Position numbers and translations under genes: made by a program. DNA of 64,000 nt from positions 65,134 to 129,133 of the IMG/VR virus record IMGVR_UViG_3300032220_001761. One strand, written 5' to 3'. Source of the DNA: a virus (lineage: Duplodnaviria; Heunggongvirae; Uroviricota; Caudoviricetes). This document shows positions 1 to 10,664 of this stretch, in pieces; the first letter of the stretch is position 1; each line of letters starts with the position of its first letter. The notes beneath the pieces were generated by a model that was not told the origin of the DNA, made no database searches, and saw only the letters and a list, made by a program, of their open reading frames with translations.

Positions 1-206
1 GTAGCTAGCATTTCATCGTGGGTAGGCTCAAAAATATAATCGTCATCTATTACCCAGCTAGATATGTCATCTGCACCGTAACTACCCTCCCACATTTCCT
101 CTCTTACATTTTGGATTGCATTTTTTTTAGCTTCGGGCGAAAGCTCGTCAAAAGTGAAGGATTGAGGTTCTTCTTCAAAGAGGGTGAATTTTTTAATCCA
201 TTTCAT
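1..206 (-). CDS. partial hypothetical protein with MKxIKxF..E leader (runs off window start)
   Basis: Hand translation MKWIKKFTLFEEEPQSFTFDELSPEAKK...; GATATATA at 212-219 upstream; not in ORF track. Confidence 0.7.
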   Translation of the reverse strand, partial: MKWIKKFTLFEEEPQSFTFDELSPEAKKNAIQNVREEMWEGSYGADDISSWVIDDDYIFEPTHDEMLA

Positions 207-223
207 CCTCTTATATATCCCCG

Positions 224-1273
224 TTATTTTTTCTTGTCCTTCTTATTTTCTTTAGGACTATCCTTCTGTTCGTTTAAATCTACAAATTCACCAATTTGAA
301 TACCCGGAATGATATCTTTAATGTCAGGTACGGAAATAGAAGGAGCTTTTGGAGATTCATAACCAGACGGAGTAACAGAAGATTGTTCAATATTTTGTAC
401 TGGTCGATCAAGATCCTTAAGAATATTTATTACCAATGCAGGATCAAAAAGATCCTTAGGAGCTGTTGCAACTTGTATAGGATCTCCTGTAATATCAAAA
501 GGATCATATAAACTATTTCTTGTGCTTCCAGTCTGGAATTGTGTAGTTATATTTTTATGTATTTGATACCCAAACGTAGCAGGGGAATTACCTATCCAAA
601 AAACATAAGAAGGCAATTCTAGTGCAGCAGCTGCGTGTTGCATATATGAATCTATGAAAATTCTTTTATCGCTAAACAATAAAGCCAAAGCTAAAACTCT
701 TGGATTATTAGAAAGATATTCAACACCATTTAGTCCTAGTTGATCCTCTCTTTTTATTTGTATAACTCTATAATCATTTTTAAATTCATCCACTATTGTT
801 TGTGCAAGTAATGGTGGAATATCCCTCATCCAAGAATACTTGTTGTTGGTTTGAGCACCACCAAATGGCTGAATGAGCAAAATGGGTTTAGTCTTGTTTA
901 AGAAAGAAGCAATATGATCTTTTTCCAGCACAGTGAAATAAAGCTCAGGTTTTTCACCAGCGAATTCTAAGTTATAAAGCTCGCACCAAACCTGTGACAA
1001 ATGTTTTTTCCTGTAAATCGCATCAGGACTTCCATAAGGGTCATGAGTAAAAATCAGAGTATCTCGATCCTTAATATAATCGTCATAGAAATAAGCAGTT
1101 TGTCCAAACTGGATAACTCGATGTATTCTTGGATTATTGATCCATATGTCCGGATGAGCAGTTAAAATTACTATTTTTCTGTGCGGGTATTGTATATTCA
1201 TAGCTCTAACAACTGCAGTTGCTATGACGTTCTTTCCTGCACCCCCGCTGATTTGAAAAACAATGTATTCCAT
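224..1273 (-). CDS. GT9 (heptosyltransferase-like) glycosyltransferase
   Basis: N-terminal GGAGKNVIATAVVRA..YP...I, IQPFGG and IDS..QHAAAAL motifs of GT-B/GT9 fold. Confidence 0.7.
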   Translation of the reverse strand: MEYIVFQISGGAGKNVIATAVVRAMNIQYPHRKIVILTAHPDIWINNPRIHRVIQFGQTAYFYDDYIKDRDTLIFTHDPYGSPDAIYRKKHLSQVWCELYNLEFAGEKPELYFTVLEKDHIASFLNKTKPILLIQPFGGAQTNNKYSWMRDIPPLLAQTIVDEFKNDYRVIQIKREDQLGLNGVEYLSNNPRVLALALLFSDKRIFIDSYMQHAAAALELPSYVFWIGNSPATFGYQIHKNITTQFQTGSTRNSLYDPFDITGDPIQVATAPKDLFDPALVINILKDLDRPVQNIEQSSVTPSGYESPKAPSISVPDIKDIIPGIQIGEFVDLNEQKDSPKENKKDKKK

Positions 1274-1324
1274 TCTATAAACTTTTAATAGTTATAGATG
1301 AAATACATTATTTGTTCCATGAAA

Positions 1325-4300
1325 TTAAGGGGTACTAAGTAGTATAGTGTAAGCAGATCCATTAATGAAAACGCAAAGTGCACACGTTGCTACTTTACAA
1401 CCAGTAAGAGCTAAAGGAACGGCAGATGATCCTAAACTTAATTTGCATGGATGAGCACTTGCATATGCACCTATTGCAATACCTCCTGTTACGTTACTAG
1501 CGCAGCCTTGTGTTGCATATCCAATTAAAGTATTATTAGAACCTGTCTCTAAGAATGCCCCTGTATAACCTGCCCATGAACCAACGAAAGTATTTTGACA
1601 TCCGTTATTAGTTGCAGCAGAACTATAACCTATATAAACGTTACCACATTTATTATTAGTTGGTCCACCAGCAGAATTTCCTATAATTACGTTTTCACAT
1701 CCGCTCGTTAATGTGCCAGCTGCTGACGTCCCGATAACTATGTTGCCCGATCCTGTTGTATTAGATTCTGCTGCTCTATCTCCAATAAATATATTAGCTG
1801 ATCCAGTAGTGTTTGAAAGGCCAGCTAGAGTTCCAACTGCAACATTAAATGCTCCATTTATATTAGAGGAACCTGCACATGATCCTATAAATACGTTTCT
1901 GTATCCTGTGGTATTTGCAAAACCAGAGTATGTTCCAACAAATGTGTTATCGCAAGATTGAAGACAGTTTTGAGGTCCAGAAATTGCTGCTCCAGCACTA
2001 TACCCAATCAACGTGTTAAAAGATCCTGTAGTATTGTAATATCCAGCACCACCTCCTAAAAATGTATTGTAAATCCCAGTAGTATTACTATATCCAGCAG
2101 ATGAACCAATAAATGTATTATCTGTTCCTGCTGTGTTGGAATATCCAGCTTGAGATCCTACGAAAGTTTGCCCATTGAAAATAGTAGAAGAATATCCAGC
2201 ACCATAACCTACGAAAACCGAATCTGCACCCGTAGCGGATGTGTAACCTGCACAAGAACCAACGTAAACATTGTTAGTTCCTACAGTGTTAGAATAACCA
2301 GAACAAGATCCTATGAAAATGTTTCCGTTAACTGGCTTAATAGAACTTGAACATGTAAGATATCCAGATCTATATCCTACAAATGTATTATCTGCACCAG
2401 TAGCGGTAAATCTTCCGCTTTCGTATCCTAAGAATGTATTATTAGCTCCCGTTGTATTACAATATCCTCCAGCCACCCCAGTTATTGTGTTGAACGATCC
2501 AATAGTATTACAGTACCCAGAATTAATACCAATATGTACGTTACTTGCCCCTGTAGTATTACAAACTCCTGAATTAGTTCCTATGAATGTATTACAGCTT
2601 CCATTTGTAGTTTTACTACCCGCACCAGCTCCCATAAATGTATTTCCTGATCCTGTGGTATTAGCACATCCAGACTTAGATCCGATCATGGTATTAAATA
2701 TTCCAGTAGTATTTAAAGATCCCGAAAAATCTCCCATGAAGGTATTGTTGCAACCTATCGTATTCGTCTTACCTGCTGAGCTTCCTATAAAAATATTAGA
2801 AGATCCTGTTGTATTTCCATATCCCGCGCAAGTACCTATAAATATACCTCCAGTCCCCGAAGTATTAGTAACCCCAGAATTTGTACCAAGGTAGGTATTT
2901 TCAATTCCTATAGTATTACCAAAACCACTATGGTATCCTATAAATACGTTGCTAGCTCCTGTTGTGTTAGCACATCCAGTTTCAGTTCCAATAAATATAT
3001 TATTACTAGCTGTCGTATTGCTTCTTCCTGCTGCATTACCTAGAAAAACGTTATTACCTCCGCAAGTATTTGATAAACCAGATGAAAGTCCTAAAAAGAC
3101 ATTACCTACACCTATATCATTAGATTGTCCTGATTGATATCCGATGAATGTATTACAGCTACCTGTGGTATTAGCTATACCATTATTTGCTCCGCCTATG
3201 AAGATGTTTCCTACACCTATAGTATTGGAATCACCTGCAGAATTTCCTATGAAAATGTTGCTAGAGCCTGTAGTATTTGACACCCCTGCACATACTCCAA
3301 CGAAAATGTTACTGACTCCACAATTGTTTGCCCTTCCAGAGCAGCTTCCAATAAATACGTTCTGTGTTCCTGTTGAATTTGTGAATCCTGCTTCAAATCC
3401 TAAAAATGTATTACTGCTCCCTGTTGATGTGGCTTGTCCAGAGCAAGATCCAACGAATGTATTTCCCGTTGCTGTTGTATTAGATTTACCAGCCTCTTGA
3501 CCAATAAATACTGAATTACAAACAGTTGTTACTGATTGACCCGCACAAGATCCTAAGAACACGTTACCAGATCCAAATGTGATTCCATGACCTGTTTGTT
3601 TACCAATTAATACGTTATTAGATCCTGTTGTATTGCTATCACCTGCACAGCTACCTAAAAATGTATTATTGATACCTGTAGTATTAGCAGCACCTGCACA
3701 ATATCCATTAAAGGTATTCTCCGTTCCAGTAGTATTTAGTACCCCTGAACTGTGTCCGATGAATGTATTTTTAGCTCCAGAGGTGTTAATTACCCCTGAT
3801 TGATAACCAATGAATGTGTTTTGACATCCAGTGGTATTAGCTTGTCCCGAATTAGCACCAATAAATGTATTTTGAGCACCCGTTGTATTTCCACATCCTG
3901 ATAAGTATCCTAAGAATGTATTATTACCTCCGGTTGTATTTCCACATCCTGATTGGTAACCCATAAATGTGTTTTGAAAGCCTGAAGTATTAAAAGATCC
4001 AGAGTCAGTACCAACGAATGTATTAGATGTACCAGTTGTATTAGATTTTCCAGAATTTGATCCTACAGATACTAAAGGAGCTGCTGCTGTTGTTGCATAA
4101 CCTGCACATAATCCAATTAAAACTGAACAACCTCCAGAGGCATTTGTAAATCCTGCTTTTGCTCCAATGAATACATTGGAACTTCCTGTGGTATTATTAA
4201 ATCCTGAACAATCACCTACTATGATGTTACATGATCCTGTTGTATTTGAAACCCCGGAAAAAGCTCCTATAAAATTGTTCCCGTTTCCAGTTGTGTTATT

Positions 4301-5710
4301 TTTAGCTGATTGATATCCTAAGAATGAATTTCCTATCCCGATTGTTGTTGCACATCCTGCTGAATCCCCAATATATAAATTGCAACTTCCAGTGGTATTA
4401 TTATACCCTGATTGATAACCAATCGATATATTAGAACATCCAAAAGTATTAAGTGCTAAGGATCCTGATCCAAGAGACACATTACATGCTCCTGTTGTAT
4501 TAGTTGACCCGGATAGGTGACCAATAAAGGAATTGAATGAACCTGCTGTATTATTAGCACCAGCACCGCCTCCTATAAAAGTATTTCTACCGCCCTGAGT
4601 GTTTGCTGCACCTGCTGAGTTTCCTATAAAAACAGAGCAACCACCTGTTGTATTAGCACATCCTGCATTAGCACCAATAAAGGTATTATTGATACCTATA
4701 GTATTAGTAACTCCTGCATTAGCTCCAATAAAGCTATTGCTAGCTCCTGTTGTGTTAGCACTTCCTGCATTAGATCCAATAAAAGTGTTACATGCACCAT
4801 AAGTGTTAACGTCTCCTGCACTACCACCTATAAAAACATTTGCAGTTCCTGTAGTATTAACGAATCCTGCTCTGTAACCTATAAAAATATTCCCACTCTC
4901 TTTGTTATATCCTCCTGCGTTTTGTCCGATAGAAACGTTACAACTTGCAGTAGCACCTGATACACCTGCACAATGACCTATATAAACATTTGAGCAACCG
5001 CTCGTATTAAATTTTCCTGAACCATCACCTATGAATGTATTTGGATATCCAGTCGAAATACACCCGGCCTCAGATCCTATCGCAATTGTTCCTCTGGTAA
5101 AACCTGCAGATGCTCCTGCAGATGCTCCGATGTAAATGTTTCTCTCACCGCTAGCACCGCTTGAACCAGCAAATGGACCAATTATAACTTCACAAATACT
5201 TGCGTCTCTAATTTTTCCAGCTTCGTATCCTATATAAATATTTCCTGCACCGGTAGTATTTGTTACGCCTGAGCATACGCCAATAAATGTATTACAGTTT
5301 CCTGTTGTGTTATCTTTACCAGCTTGAGAACCTATAAAAGTGTTTTTAGCTCCTGTGGTTGTGTCTGTACCTGCACTAGCTCCTATAAATGTATTTTCCG
5401 TAGTGGATAAACAAAAAGAAGCTTGTCCTGCACCAATTCCTAATGATGTATTAAATGTTCCGTTTGTTGCACCTGAATCAGTAACAAAAATATTAGATCC
5501 TGTTGGATCATATGCACCGGTTCCTATAAAATTACCGGATCCATCTGAAAGCTGAAAAGCTCCGTAAGGTCCATCAGATGCTGATCCGCTTCCACCGGAA
5601 GCTGCAGCACCATAAACAAATACATCATTTGCCGAATCATATAGAATTGTATCACCGGAAGCTCCTACGTCAGTAAGACAAACTGATACGAATTTCCTCT
5701 TATCTGCCAT
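1325..5710 (-). CDS. tail fibre/adhesin-like protein with 14-aa NTTGxxNxFIG repeats
   Basis: 1461 aa, nearly continuous YadA-head-like repeats, Cys-rich. Confidence 0.7.
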   Translation of the reverse strand: MADKRKFVSVCLTDVGASGDTILYDSANDVFVYGAAASGGSGSASDGPYGAFQLSDGSGNFIGTGAYDPTGSNIFVTDSGATNGTFNTSLGIGAGQASFCLSTTENTFIGASAGTDTTTGAKNTFIGSQAGKDNTTGNCNTFIGVCSGVTNTTGAGNIYIGYEAGKIRDASICEVIIGPFAGSSGASGERNIYIGASAGASAGFTRGTIAIGSEAGCISTGYPNTFIGDGSGKFNTSGCSNVYIGHCAGVSGATASCNVSIGQNAGGYNKESGNIFIGYRAGFVNTTGTANVFIGGSAGDVNTYGACNTFIGSNAGSANTTGASNSFIGANAGVTNTIGINNTFIGANAGCANTTGGCSVFIGNSAGAANTQGGRNTFIGGGAGANNTAGSFNSFIGHLSGSTNTTGACNVSLGSGSLALNTFGCSNISIGYQSGYNNTTGSCNLYIGDSAGCATTIGIGNSFLGYQSAKNNTTGNGNNFIGAFSGVSNTTGSCNIIVGDCSGFNNTTGSSNVFIGAKAGFTNASGGCSVLIGLCAGYATTAAAPLVSVGSNSGKSNTTGTSNTFVGTDSGSFNTSGFQNTFMGYQSGCGNTTGGNNTFLGYLSGCGNTTGAQNTFIGANSGQANTTGCQNTFIGYQSGVINTSGAKNTFIGHSSGVLNTTGTENTFNGYCAGAANTTGINNTFLGSCAGDSNTTGSNNVLIGKQTGHGITFGSGNVFLGSCAGQSVTTVCNSVFIGQEAGKSNTTATGNTFVGSCSGQATSTGSSNTFLGFEAGFTNSTGTQNVFIGSCSGRANNCGVSNIFVGVCAGVSNTTGSSNIFIGNSAGDSNTIGVGNIFIGGANNGIANTTGSCNTFIGYQSGQSNDIGVGNVFLGLSSGLSNTCGGNNVFLGNAAGRSNTTASNNIFIGTETGCANTTGASNVFIGYHSGFGNTIGIENTYLGTNSGVTNTSGTGGIFIGTCAGYGNTTGSSNIFIGSSAGKTNTIGCNNTFMGDFSGSLNTTGIFNTMIGSKSGCANTTGSGNTFMGAGAGSKTTNGSCNTFIGTNSGVCNTTGASNVHIGINSGYCNTIGSFNTITGVAGGYCNTTGANNTFLGYESGRFTATGADNTFVGYRSGYLTCSSSIKPVNGNIFIGSCSGYSNTVGTNNVYVGSCAGYTSATGADSVFVGYGAGYSSTIFNGQTFVGSQAGYSNTAGTDNTFIGSSAGYSNTTGIYNTFLGGGAGYYNTTGSFNTLIGYSAGAAISGPQNCLQSCDNTFVGTYSGFANTTGYRNVFIGSCAGSSNINGAFNVAVGTLAGLSNTTGSANIFIGDRAAESNTTGSGNIVIGTSAAGTLTSGCENVIIGNSAGGPTNNKCGNVYIGYSSAATNNGCQNTFVGSWAGYTGAFLETGSNNTLIGYATQGCASNVTGGIAIGAYASAHPCKLSLGSSAVPLALTGCKVATCALCVFINGSAYTILLSTP

Positions 5711-5751
5711 TATTTATCTTTTCATGTATATATCGATACACAAAAAGATAT

Positions 5752-5781
5752 AAAATAAAAAGTCCAGGGATTCCTGGACTT
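5752..5781 (-). terminator. intrinsic terminator
   Basis: AGTCCAGG-GATT-CCTGGACT stem with T-rich tail on minus strand, after clpP. Confidence 0.75.
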
Positions 5782-5804
5782 ATAAATAGTAAAAATAGGA
5801 TATA

Positions 5805-6377
5805 CTAAGAAATGATTTCGTCAATCACACCAAGTTTCAGAGCTTCCTCTGTATCCATGAACCAATCTTTTTTGGTCTTATAAATTCTATCCAATTTCTT
5901 CTGAGTGATCTTAGTGTTTTCGAGTGTGATTTGCTCGATCATTTTTTGTAATCTAATTGCCTCAATTACTTCATCTTCCATCTCTTTAACAGTACCTCTT
6001 GCTCCTGAAGAAACCTGATGGTACAGGTAAGTAGATTTAGGATATCCAAATCTTGTGTGACCTGAAATTGATATCAGGAATCCACATGACATTGCACATC
6101 CAGTAACTATTGTATAAATGGGGATTTTACTTGCATTCATGATTCCCAAAAGACCCATGCATTGATAAACATGTCCACCATAAGAATCTATGTAGAGCTT
6201 AATTGGTTTTGGTTTATATTCAAGATCGTGTGCATAATAGATCTTAGCAATATATTCATCATCCTCATTGATTGCGATTATTGCCCTTGAGATGTTGTTG
6301 ATGGAATCTTGATCTACTTGTTTAGCTAAAAATAGATTTCTATCTTTCGGTTGTGGTAAGTTTAGTGTATTAGACAT
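5805..6377 (-). CDS. clpP: ClpP-like protease subunit
   Basis: LYIDSYGG, GCAMSCGF (catalytic Ser region), YLYHQVS, DWFMDTEEALKLGVIDEI; ends TAG. Confidence 0.85.
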   Translation of the reverse strand: MSNTLNLPQPKDRNLFLAKQVDQDSINNISRAIIAINEDDEYIAKIYYAHDLEYKPKPIKLYIDSYGGHVYQCMGLLGIMNASKIPIYTIVTGCAMSCGFLISISGHTRFGYPKSTYLYHQVSSGARGTVKEMEDEVIEAIRLQKMIEQITLENTKITQKKLDRIYKTKKDWFMDTEEALKLGVIDEIIS

Positions 6378-6705
6378 TTTTGACTTCTTTATATGTTATT
6401 TTAATTCCTTTTTTCTCTGCAAATTCTATTTCTTCAGCAACTCCTTTTGATTTATCCCATCCTTCCATTTTAAATACCATCAATTCATCACATTTCTCAA
6501 GAAATGTTAGACAGAAGTTTTTCCAAAATTCCCAGTCAGAAGGCATTTCACAAAATCCTAAGAGGTTGTGACCATAAGCAATTGGGGACAAAACGACGTG
6601 ACCCTCTGAAGTCATCTTAGCAGCAATTTCTGCAATAACCCTGTAATTATTTTCTCTGATACTATCGTCAGGATGTGAGTATGGGGATGCTAAATATATC
6701 AACAT
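6370..6705 (-). CDS. DUF1937 / nucleoside deoxyribosyltransferase-like protein
   Basis: IYLASPYSH, SPIAYGH, GWDKSKGVAEEIEFA. Confidence 0.75.
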   Translation of the reverse strand: MLIYLASPYSHPDDSIRENNYRVIAEIAAKMTSEGHVVLSPIAYGHNLLGFCEMPSDWEFWKNFCLTFLEKCDELMVFKMEGWDKSKGVAEEIEFAEKKGIKITYKEVKNV

Positions 6706-7226
6706 AAATTTACAATGTGTACTTTAATTTTGTGAATTGAATCTTTATGATAAAGATTAAATATAGGGATTTTTAGATCTTTTGCAATTCTCATAGCTTG
6801 ACCAGTACCCCCATTTATAGTACCTCCTCTTGTCCAACATACTACGAATGATACTGGTGTTTTTAGATCCTTCCCTAGTATCTGGAATGTATTCCTAGCC
6901 ATTAATCTTTTAGCTGCATTAGATAAAGCACTCCAATTAGGATGATATTTTTTAGCTATCTCTGTTGCATTGATTACTAACTCTTGGTCCATTGAATCCA
7001 GAAATAGATCAGATTGGTTTTTATTAAAACCCCCCCATGGTAAGTAGATTTCTTTATCGCCAGTACAATATTCTTCGAACATAGAATCCGCACCTGGTGC
7101 TGCTCCGGATCTAAGAACAAATCCCATCCTAGATAAAAAAGAAGAAACCTCCTCTATCATGGGTTTAACCCCAGGAGGTGTTTCTCTTGATCCTATGCCT
7201 GCGTAGTATTTCATATTAGTTGTCAA
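6699..7226 (-). CDS. DprA/SLOG-family protein
   Basis: YAGIGSRETP, LRSGAAPGAD, GGTGQAMRIA. Confidence 0.7.
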   Translation of the reverse strand: MTTNMKYYAGIGSRETPPGVKPMIEEVSSFLSRMGFVLRSGAAPGADSMFEEYCTGDKEIYLPWGGFNKNQSDLFLDSMDQELVINATEIAKKYHPNWSALSNAAKRLMARNTFQILGKDLKTPVSFVVCWTRGGTINGGTGQAMRIAKDLKIPIFNLYHKDSIHKIKVHIVNLC

Positions 7227-7821
7227 ACCAAAAAACTATTCTAAAATTTTCTTCTTCGTTGTGCCTTTCTAGTGGGTTATCGCTTCTTCTAATCCAGAAT
7301 TCTTCTCTGAATCTTTTATCCAGCTTTTCAACTAAATAATAGAGAGAGCTTTTTTCTTCCCATTCTCTGTAGACCCATCCTAGACTTTCATCTGTCCATC
7401 CAGCCCAAGAAGTAGGATTTTCTCCACCTGAATCAAGTTTAGCTGCTGCCTCAGGAGAAACCATTCCTGATCTTTTTATTGAAGGATTTTTTTCAAGATA
7501 ATCTTTAAGTTCCTTTAGTGTGTACCAACTATGGTTATGCCCATCAGATCCCCACCTTTCAGATTCATTCTTTGTGATTTCACAGATGTCTTCTGGAAGA
7601 TTCCTAGGATAGTCTATTAAACCATTTGTATCGCTTCTTACTCCAGCAAGAATTCCAAAAAGGTCGTAGTCTCTTCCTTGATAGACAGAGACTGGATCCA
7701 TTTCTCTTTCACAGTCTGGATCTTTCTCGTCGTAAAAATAATTGTGCTGCCAGTAATCGGCATTTTTCCATTTACCTGAACCTTTCTTTAGCTCAGTAAA
7801 TAAGTGAATATCGCATCCCAT
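7216..7821 (-). CDS. phage hypothetical protein
   Basis: 201 aa overlapping ORF in operon, MGCDIH start. Confidence 0.75.
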   Translation of the reverse strand: MGCDIHLFTELKKGSGKWKNADYWQHNYFYDEKDPDCEREMDPVSVYQGRDYDLFGILAGVRSDTNGLIDYPRNLPEDICEITKNESERWGSDGHNHSWYTLKELKDYLEKNPSIKRSGMVSPEAAAKLDSGGENPTSWAGWTDESLGWVYREWEEKSSLYYLVEKLDKRFREEFWIRRSDNPLERHNEEENFRIVFWFDN

Positions 7822-7822
7822 A

Positions 7823-8059
7823 TTATCTTCCGTATTTTTCTTTTAGTTCTTCTTCTGTTAGGGGTCTGTATCTTTTTACCCATTTGAGTAAAATCTTATC
7901 TCCGTTGACAACAAGATCTGAAATACACCAGTCTTTTATGACCTCGGTTTTATATCCGTTCTCTATCATTCCGATGACAACTTTTTTGTATGATTCATCC
8001 CAGAAACCAAGAGATTCCATACCTTGTTTGTGTAGATCTAAAAAATTAAGCTCCGACAT
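7823..8059 (-). CDS. hypothetical protein
   Basis: Packed ORF; likely start MSELNF at 8059. Confidence 0.65.
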   Translation of the reverse strand: MSELNFLDLHKQGMESLGFWDESYKKVVIGMIENGYKTEVIKDWCISDLVVNGDKILLKWVKRYRPLTEEELKEKYGR

Positions 8060-8915
8060 TTTCTTCTTTTTTAGTGAATGTATCAAGAATAAATTCTCTG
8101 TCCTGAGTAAAGATCGGGGTCTCTACAGGATTCCATGATTTTCTAGTAATTACTTGATCCGGATCAATCGGATAAGTTTTACCATCATTTTTAAAAATGA
8201 AATCCTTAGCTATAAATTTATCCTCAACTTTTACAACAGAAGTTCCTCTTTTAAATCTTGTCGGGTAGTCATTCCAATTAACTCCCTTTTGTAACATCAT
8301 CATATCTTGCATATCTGATGTGCTTTTCCCCTGAAGTTCTTTGTGAGAAAACATAGACTGAGCAGCCATAGAAATTGAATTTCTTGTTGCATCTTGTTGT
8401 CTCCAAATAAAATAGTTTACAACCTCCTCAGACTCGGGGATTATCATAATTCTAGAGTCAAATTGAGCAGACTTGAACTTTTTGATCATATCTGCAGCTA
8501 TGGAAACATTCACGTCTATTTCCATTTCAGGATCCATCATGTTTCTGAACCTTCTAGATAATCTTAATTGATTAAACTTAGATGTAGCTAAAGATGCAGA
8601 AATAGAGCACATCTTCTGAAGGTTATTGTCAAACCATGCATGAGTACTTAGATCGTCATAATCGGTAACCAAAATACTGATTTCATCAGATTGAACATAA
8701 CCCATTTTAGCTCCCTGAATGTTTTCACAAAGGAACTTTGTAGTTGCATCCATATCATCAGATAGTCCTTGGTCAAAAGGTCTTTCTAAACCTCTAGTAT
8801 AACTGTGAAAAGCTTTACCATCAATTCTGATTATGATGTTTGTTCTTCTTGGAAGACTGATTCTATATCTGTCTTCGTAATTGGACTTCATTCTGTCCCC
8901 TAATCCGTCTTTCAT
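8046..8915 (-). CDS. thg1: tRNA(His) guanylyltransferase Thg1-like
   Basis: RIDGKAFHSYT, YVQSDEIS, FDSR, YFIWRQQDATRNSIS; start moved to ATG 8915 to avoid overlap with the upstream gene. Confidence 0.9.
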   Translation of the reverse strand: MKDGLGDRMKSNYEDRYRISLPRRTNIIIRIDGKAFHSYTRGLERPFDQGLSDDMDATTKFLCENIQGAKMGYVQSDEISILVTDYDDLSTHAWFDNNLQKMCSISASLATSKFNQLRLSRRFRNMMDPEMEIDVNVSIAADMIKKFKSAQFDSRIMIIPESEEVVNYFIWRQQDATRNSISMAAQSMFSHKELQGKSTSDMQDMMMLQKGVNWNDYPTRFKRGTSVVKVEDKFIAKDFIFKNDGKTYPIDPDQVITRKSWNPVETPIFTQDREFILDTFTKKEENVGA

Positions 8916-8919
8916 CCTG

Positions 8920-9207
8920 TCAATTATTTTTATAAAATTCTTTTCCTGATCCCTCAATGTACCTAACAGAAACTCCAGATTTTGTATGCAATTCAACAAA
9001 TGTTGGATTACCAATATTCATACAAATGTTTATACTTCTGCTTGTAACTTTCATTTCGATAAGAGGTTCCCGATCCTTTCCTAGAAATCTAATTTTTGCG
9101 TTTTCTATGTCCAGTGATTCCTCTATCTCTATTGTAACGCAATCTTTTTTCTCTGAGATAGCTCTCCAATCAGCTAGCCTAGGATCTTCGTGCAGTTCTA
9201 TTGTCAT
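8920..9207 (-). CDS. hypothetical protein
   Basis: Packed ORF. Confidence 0.7.
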   Translation of the reverse strand: MTIELHEDPRLADWRAISEKKDCVTIEIEESLDIENAKIRFLGKDREPLIEMKVTSRSINICMNIGNPTFVELHTKSGVSVRYIEGSGKEFYKNN

Positions 9208-9590
9208 TTTAGAATTCCACTATGAATTAAAAATTCTTTAACTTTATCCCAATCGATATATGGATTTTTACCCTCCCCCGGATAGATCAACGGAGCTCCT
9301 AAAGCTGCATCATCTATATAAAGCTCCCCATAAGCCTTCGGTGAGGATGTCCAGTTTTTCTGAGATGGATTGGTCTGAATCCCATATAATGGTATTTCAT
9401 TTTTGCTGAACCAATCTACTGCGTCCTGTAGAAATTTCCCATTAGGCCGATCACTTCTCATTGTAAAAAGAACCAACTGATGCCCATTTTCTACCAACTC
9501 TTTTAATACTGGGACTGAACCTATTTCTTCTCCTATCTTAGGGAATTCATGTGCTACACACGTCCCATCGAAATCTATACAAATTACCAT
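9204..9590 (-). CDS. HAD-superfamily (BT0820-like) hydrolase
   Basis: IDFDGT, LFTMR, YIDDAALG. Confidence 0.8.
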   Translation of the reverse strand: MVICIDFDGTCVAHEFPKIGEEIGSVPVLKELVENGHQLVLFTMRSDRPNGKFLQDAVDWFSKNEIPLYGIQTNPSQKNWTSSPKAYGELYIDDAALGAPLIYPGEGKNPYIDWDKVKEFLIHSGILK

Positions 9591-9599
9591 AAAAATTAT

Positions 9600-9947
9600 T
9601 TACTTATCATCTATTTTAGATGTTATATTTCCATCCTCGTCCATCCAAAGAATAGTATCATTTATTGTATATTTTTTATTGTAATATACTCCCATACCAT
9701 TCTCAAATACTATAAAATATTTTCCCTCCTTCCCGGTATTTTTCTCGACAGAAACAATTGGTACAGGAAACCACTTTTTTTGATTTGCAACCATAGCTAT
9801 AGTGGTATCAACTGGATTTTCCTTCAGAACATTCGGACGGGGTTTCTCTATCTTATCCATGTCTGGAGAAGGTCTTAAAAATATCCCCCATATCAATGTA
9901 AGAATACACAAAAAGATAGAGATCGGGATTATCAGATTAATTTTCAT
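9600..9947 (-). CDS. membrane-anchored hypothetical protein
   Basis: N-terminal hydrophobic helix. Confidence 0.65.
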   Translation of the reverse strand: MKINLIIPISIFLCILTLIWGIFLRPSPDMDKIEKPRPNVLKENPVDTTIAMVANQKKWFPVPIVSVEKNTGKEGKYFIVFENGMGVYYNKKYTINDTILWMDEDGNITSKIDDK

Positions 9948-10089
9948 TTACTTGAGATTTTTCTAATTCTTTTTTCTTGTCTAATTCTCTTAAATAATAA
10001 GATCTAATTTCTTTTCCAAGCTCCATATTGTTGGGAAACTTGTGTATTAATTCCAAAACGATTTTAGGATCTAAGTTAATCTCTTGCAT
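9937..10089 (-). CDS. small hypothetical protein (50 aa)
   Basis: Hand translation MQEINLDPKIVLELIHKFPNNMELGKEIR...; fills gap and overlaps next start. Confidence 0.6.
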   Translation of the reverse strand: MQEINLDPKIVLELIHKFPNNMELGKEIRSYYLRELDKKKELEKSQVNEN

Positions 10090-10127
10090 AATTTTTTAAA
10101 ATTATAGATACAAATTTCTGATTAATT

Positions 10128-10664
10128 TCATGATGCCCATATTCTTAAACTAGAGGAAGCCTCGTGATAATCCAAAAGATTATCTGTTCCTGCCTGGGTA
10201 TTACTCTTTTTGACTTTCTGTTCGTCCCAATAAAAATGCAGTGTTTCCTCGGTAAAAAATCCCCAAGGAAATATACTACTACATAGGGTTTCAAAAGAGA
10301 TTATTTTCTCACCTAACTCCTTGGATTTGTACAAAAGATAATAAACGTACATAACGGCTGCACCTGGGGTTTCACACATCATTGAAATCATAATGAATGA
10401 TTTCTTATCCATTTTAAGACCTGCATATTCTGCTCTAGATACAAGGATCTTTGCAATATGTGATGCCTTTAGAATATCATCGTACATCATATTGATCTCT
10501 GGATCTTTGTACAACAAAAGCATCATCATTATTTTACTTTCCTCGTCGTCCATATTTCTTCTTTTACCATCTTTGTCCAGTGGTTTACAGAAATATTTCT
10601 CTACTGAATTTTCCTCCGAGGTTACTGAGTAATCTAAAAAATCTTCGTATTTCTTATTTTTCAT
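10128..10664 (-). CDS. hypothetical protein
   Basis: 178 aa packed ORF. Confidence 0.75.
   Translation of the reverse strand: MKNKKYEDFLDYSVTSEENSVEKYFCKPLDKDGKRRNMDDEESKIMMMLLLYKDPEINMMYDDILKASHIAKILVSRAEYAGLKMDKKSFIMISMMCETPGAAVMYVYYLLYKSKELGEKIISFETLCSSIFPWGFFTEETLHFYWDEQKVKKSNTQAGTDNLLDYHEASSSLRIWAS

Noticed and set aside
1713-5555. Plus-strand ORFs inside the fibre gene (also 56409-56802 and other antisense ORFs)
   Set aside because: Shadow frames produced by repeat codon structure; no start context or family motifs
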